Origin: Promethearchaeota archaeon | GTDB taxonomy: Archaea > Asgardarchaeota > Lokiarchaeia > Sigyniarchaeales > SOKP01 | Length of the DNA: 32,549 nucleotides | Assembly: GCA_029838195.1 (NCBI GenBank) | Contig: JALGVJ010000039.1 | Span: 1-32,549, forward strand | Direction: 5' to 3' | Shown: in pieces, positions 28,769 through 32,549 of the stretch | Layout of the letters: each line of letters opens with the position of its first letter | Numbering within the stretch: position 1 is the first letter of the stretch | Made by a program: the position numbers and the translations under genes | The notes under the pieces: generated by a model | Databases searched by the model: none | What the model was told of the DNA's origin: nothing | The model's input: the letters and a program-made list of their open reading frames with translations, nothing else

Positions 28769-29617
28769 ATGAAAATTATATATACAACCGATCTTCATGG
28801 AATAAAGTGGAAATACGAGAAAATCCTGGAACAAGCAATCAAACAACAAATTGACATGGTAATTAATGGGGGGGACATGTTACCCACGCAATCAAATTTT
28901 TTTAAGCAAGGAGATTTCATAAAGTATTTTCTTGATCCTCATTTTCATGAATACGAGGAGAATTCCATCTATTATTTAGGCATGCTCGGAAACGATGATC
29001 TAAAAGTTTTTGATAGATTATTTGAAGATACATGTAAAAAATACTCACATGTTCATTCCATAGCTCAAGAAAAAGTAAGAATAAAAGATTATGAAATTAT
29101 TGGCATGAATTTAGTTACCGACTTGCCTTTTGGCTTAAAAGATCGGGCTAGAAAAGATACAGATGATTTTCAATTTCCTAAGCAAATTGGAAAACAATAC
29201 GTCTCTAGTGATCATGGATTTATCAAAATTGAGAATTGGTTTGAACATGCAAATTCTCTACCTACCCTCGAAGAAGAGATGCAGAATTTAGTAAAACCAA
29301 TAAACATGAATAAAACTATATATATAATTCACATGCCACCAGCTCATTTAGGGCTTGATGTGTGTAATGATGGAAGAAGGATTGGCTCAAACGCAATCCA
29401 TGGTTTTTTAAAAAAAATGCAACCCCTTTTATCTTTACATGGGCACGTACATGAAAGCTACGATGTATCGAATCAATGGAAAAATAATATCAATAAAACC
29501 CCATGCATTCAGCCGGGACAATCTTCTTCTAAGGAAAATCACGTGATATACGTTTCCATCGATTTAGATGGGTTGAGATGTGAGAGAATAAGTTGCATGA
29601 GAGAAGATATAGCTTGA
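28769..29617 (+). CDS. Calcineurin-like metallophosphoesterase
   Basis: TDLHG, GGD, GNDD, HMPP, HGHVHES motifs; ATG 28769 is preferred over TTG 28739. Confidence 0.9.
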   Translation: MKIIYTTDLHGIKWKYEKILEQAIKQQIDMVINGGDMLPTQSNFFKQGDFIKYFLDPHFHEYEENSIYYLGMLGNDDLKVFDRLFEDTCKKYSHVHSIAQEKVRIKDYEIIGMNLVTDLPFGLKDRARKDTDDFQFPKQIGKQYVSSDHGFIKIENWFEHANSLPTLEEEMQNLVKPINMNKTIYIIHMPPAHLGLDVCNDGRRIGSNAIHGFLKKMQPLLSLHGHVHESYDVSNQWKNNINKTPCIQPGQSSSKENHVIYVSIDLDGLRCERISCMREDIA

Positions 29618-29714
29618 GAAAGCATACTCCCTCATTATGGTTTTTTTAATGAAATCAAGCATTAATGGAGGGTAATGAAAAGAAATTTATATTGGAAGTA
29701 TAAATGTATTTATT

Positions 29715-30194
29715 ATGGAAGGAAAAATCTTACATGGGTTCTATAGTAAATTATACGATAGGGAAGCTTTTAGCAAGTGGGATTTACCTGAAGGAATAAA
29801 AGAGCAATTAGAATTCGATGCTCATGAATATTTCTTCATCTCTACTTCACGAGAACATGATAAAGGGAAGGGACATGGACAAACCCATCTCCACATAAAT
29901 ATTTATCCAGTCGATAAGGATACCGTCTATTTATTAGAAGTCCAAACGAAAAAAGTCGAACCTGAACTCTTGTATGAGGTCTTAAGTCTTTTGAAAAAGG
30001 AGAATTATACCATCCTTACCTCTTCCGGATTTTGCACGGAGAAGGATATCTGCTTTTTTGGAGTGTGGTTTAGTTCAGAACAAGTAGATATTAATGTAAA
30101 TAAACTATTAGGCAGTATGCAGGAATTTAAAAAAGTAGAAGAAGTGAACATGGCTAAATTTTCTTGTGAAGGCTGTTTTAAAATTACCCCCTAA
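29715..30194 (+). CDS. Hypothetical protein, possible C-terminal ACT-like fold
   Basis: 159-aa ORF; beta-alpha-beta-beta-alpha-beta pattern in the C-terminal half; His cluster and several Cys. Confidence 0.65.
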   Translation: MEGKILHGFYSKLYDREAFSKWDLPEGIKEQLEFDAHEYFFISTSREHDKGKGHGQTHLHINIYPVDKDTVYLLEVQTKKVEPELLYEVLSLLKKENYTILTSSGFCTEKDICFFGVWFSSEQVDINVNKLLGSMQEFKKVEEVNMAKFSCEGCFKITP

Positions 30195-30217
30195 TTAAAA
30201 TGAGCCGGGATGATACG

Positions 30218-30634
30218 TCATTCCCAAAAGGCTTGTTTAAACTTATCAAGTACTTCATGTAATGAATCTTCAATCATATCTTTAAAATCAGTAAACACGC
30301 TAACATCATTATCCCAATCTTTTAAAACTGGTTTATATGTATCGAAAAATTTATTTGCGATTTTTTTTAACTCAGAGAGAACTTTTTTCTCTTTAACTTT
30401 TGGATTTGAACTCGCTATGAATAAAAATTCTCCTTCTTTTAAGATGATGAATCGTTTCTTACTCAATTCAAAGCTTGAAAGTCCTTCTTTATTTAACTCT
30501 TCCGAAAAAGAATTAATTGCGCTCATGAATCCGCCAAAAAGTTGGGAATCTAATTTCTCATCGAAAACTCTGGTAAACACCATTATTCCTGACTCGTTAT
30601 TCATGATCCATAAATCTTCGATAACTTTTGGCAT
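30218..30634 (-). CDS. Stand-alone longin-like domain protein (Asgard type)
   Basis: LWIMNNESGIMVF, DSQLFGGFMSAINSFSEEL, F...Y...LKDWDND...F..F pattern typical of Asgard longin-like domains. Confidence 0.72.
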   Translation of the reverse strand: MPKVIEDLWIMNNESGIMVFTRVFDEKLDSQLFGGFMSAINSFSEELNKEGLSSFELSKKRFIILKEGEFLFIASSNPKVKEKKVLSELKKIANKFFDTYKPVLKDWDNDVSVFTDFKDMIEDSLHEVLDKFKQAFWE

Positions 30635-30744
30635 ATATATCACTAATTGCTATCTGCATTATTAAAGAAAATATAAAAATTAACAATAAAAAGTTCATGC
30701 TTTTTCATATTTGAAAAGGTAAAGAAATAAAAAAAAACGAGGAT

Positions 30745-32220
30745 TTAGAGATCTTTAGTAATTCTCTTAGCTTCATTAATTCTGAGAACTTCGGGCATGA
30801 AAACGCGTATTAGCTTTTTATAGATTTTAACATTAGCTTTATCGGGAACGAATTCACTCTCAAATCGCACCATCTTTTCAATGGCATTTTCAATGGAAGA
30901 ATATTTCTTGAGACCCCATAAACCTAAAATCGCTGCTCCTAATGCCGCACCATCTTTATTTTCGGGGACCATTATTTTTTTCCCTAAAATATCTGCAAAG
31001 ATCTGTGCCCAGAAACTAGAATTCATGGCTCCTCCATCGGATTTAATCACCTCTACTTTAGCACCACCCATTGCTTCTAGCATTTGCAAGTACATTTGTG
31101 CAGATAAGGCAGCACTTTCCATGATCGCCCTCGAAAAATGAGCCCGCGTGTGATGCCAACCAAGTCCATGAATCGTGCCCTTTCGAAACACGTAAAGAGG
31201 AATGAAGAGTAATCCATTGCTCCCTGGCGGTGCTTGTTTCGCCTCTTCCGTTAGTATTTCATAGACGCTGGTATCTTTATCCTTGCATTGTTCAATTTGT
31301 AATTGAGAAAAATTTCTCGCATATGTTTGAAACATGGTACCTGTACCGGGCATGGTTCCTTCTATTACCCATTTTCCTTTAATTACATGGGGCAAGGAAA
31401 AGATGGGGACATCGCCTACTTGCTTAACAGGACCTTCTACAACGAGATCAACAAAAGTTCCTGTCCCCGTGGTGACTTTAGCTTCCCCCTTATTAATCAC
31501 ACCTAAACCTAAGGCCGAACATTGTTGGTCACCCCCACCTAACACGACGGGGATTCCTTTCTTTAATCCAGTTTCACTTGCTGCCTCACTTGTTAACTCT
31601 CCAATGATCTCTCCGGGAAAATGTAATTCGGGCCATAGTTCTACGGGAATTCCATATTCTTCAGCTAATTTTTCGTCCCATGTTAAGGTTTCCTTATTAA
31701 TTATACCATAAATCCCATTAGTCGGGTCGGTCACGCACGTATCTTTACCGCATAATTTCATATAAGTAAAAGTGTCGGGAAATATAATTTTCTGAGTCTT
31801 ATTAAAGAGATCCGGCTTATTTTTTTTGAACCAGAGTATTTTCGGGATCGAGCGCCGCAAGCCTCCTTCTTCTTGAAAACTTTTCATGTCCGTGACTTCC
31901 CGCTCATCCATCCATGTCAAGGCAGGATGCAAGATCTCGCCATTAGCGTCAATTATGGAACAGGTAGCTCGGTGAAAATCAGCACAAATTCCTATAACGT
32001 CCTCAGGATTTACTTTTTTAAGCGCTGAAATGCATGTATTTTTAATGGCATTCCACCAAATTTCAGGATCATGTTCAGAAATCCCTACCGGTTGAGGTGG
32101 TAGTTGATATTCCTCATAAGCTCGTGAAATTTCTTTTCCATCAAGGTCAAACAAGATGGTACGCGTTCCCGTTGTCCCGCAATCAAACACGCATATTAGT
32201 TCTGTCATTTTCTCATTCAA
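30745..32220 (-). CDS. FGGY-family carbohydrate kinase
   Basis: DCGTTGTR, TWMDER, PKILWFK, GGGDQQCS, TTGTGTF, DGGA, ALGAAILG. Start is TTG 32220 or ATG 32208. Confidence 0.92.
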   Translation of the reverse strand: MNEKMTELICVFDCGTTGTRTILFDLDGKEISRAYEEYQLPPQPVGISEHDPEIWWNAIKNTCISALKKVNPEDVIGICADFHRATCSIIDANGEILHPALTWMDEREVTDMKSFQEEGGLRRSIPKILWFKKNKPDLFNKTQKIIFPDTFTYMKLCGKDTCVTDPTNGIYGIINKETLTWDEKLAEEYGIPVELWPELHFPGEIIGELTSEAASETGLKKGIPVVLGGGDQQCSALGLGVINKGEAKVTTGTGTFVDLVVEGPVKQVGDVPIFSLPHVIKGKWVIEGTMPGTGTMFQTYARNFSQLQIEQCKDKDTSVYEILTEEAKQAPPGSNGLLFIPLYVFRKGTIHGLGWHHTRAHFSRAIMESAALSAQMYLQMLEAMGGAKVEVIKSDGGAMNSSFWAQIFADILGKKIMVPENKDGAALGAAILGLWGLKKYSSIENAIEKMVRFESEFVPDKANVKIYKKLIRVFMPEVLRINEAKRITKDL

Positions 32221-32410
32221 ATCAGGTTTTTTTGATCAAAAATTTTAAAATTCCTTGAAAAATATTGATTGTGACAAATAATGATTTTACCCTACTAATA
32301 TTTTAATTTTATTTTTCGGATTTTTCTATAAACAAGGTGAGGGTATTTTTAAGTTTATAATTTAGCTTGGTTTTTAAATTTTTTAGCTTTAAGGGCGACA
32401 AAAATCGATA

Positions 32411-32548
32411 TTATAGCAATCGCAGTTTTGTCGGCTCTCGCTTGTAATCCGGTAAAAGAATCTGAAATCCATCCTTTACGGCAACCTCGGGAAAAACCGA
32501 ATAAAAATCCACGCCCTTCGTCATGGTAAAAATGCGCGTCTTGCCGAT
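32411..32548 (-). CDS. Probable 3' end of a gene running in from beyond the window
   Basis: Open frame IGKTRIFTMTKGVDFYSVFPEV...TKLRLL* in GC-richer sequence; a second minus frame is also open, so the frame is uncertain. Confidence 0.35.
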   Translation of the reverse strand: MGKTRIFTMTKGVDFYSVFPEVAVKDGFQILLPDYKREPTKLRLL

Positions 32549-32549
32549 C

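Noticed and set aside
3207-31711. Numerous short antisense or overlapping ORFs in the track (e.g. 3207, 4389, 8711, 9763, 12661, 19507, 27601, 30210, 31334)
   Set aside because: They lie opposite or within well-supported genes and lack protein-like motifs.
1-32549. CRISPR array, intact transposase or integrase, rRNA
   Set aside because: No regularly spaced repeats or recognisable motifs seen.

Overview
AT-rich archaeal window, most likely Asgard/Lokiarchaeia (inferred from the gene set, a stand-alone longin-like protein and composition). Left to right it holds: a minus-strand accessory cluster (MFS/GPH transporter, ceramidase-like hydrolase, 818-aa protein), a methanogenesis-marker-9 domain gene, hsp20, an FGGY kinase, a membrane protein and a HerA-like ATPase. 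A housekeeping block follows (cdc48, fen1, nob1, NAD kinase, aIF5A, srp54, trmY-like, pyrC, AMMECR1). Then come a sugar-catabolic cluster (FGGY kinase, SCP2, 2-hydroxyacid dehydrogenase, class II aldolase), a decayed gene, a metallophosphoesterase, a longin-like gene and a third FGGY kinase. The top finding is that the FGGY kinase at 8612-10171 is split by a 30-nt, stop-containing insertion (8849-8878) that folds into a canonical bulge-helix-bulge (BHB). The predicted endonuclease cut sites excise exactly the insert and restore the conserved TNQRET motif, making it a candidate tRNA-type intron in a metabolic mRNA. Second, hsp20 and aIF5A both appear to start at ATT codons, each 6 nt after a Shine-Dalgarno (SD)-like motif with identical geometry. 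All family calls come from motif recognition, not database searches.
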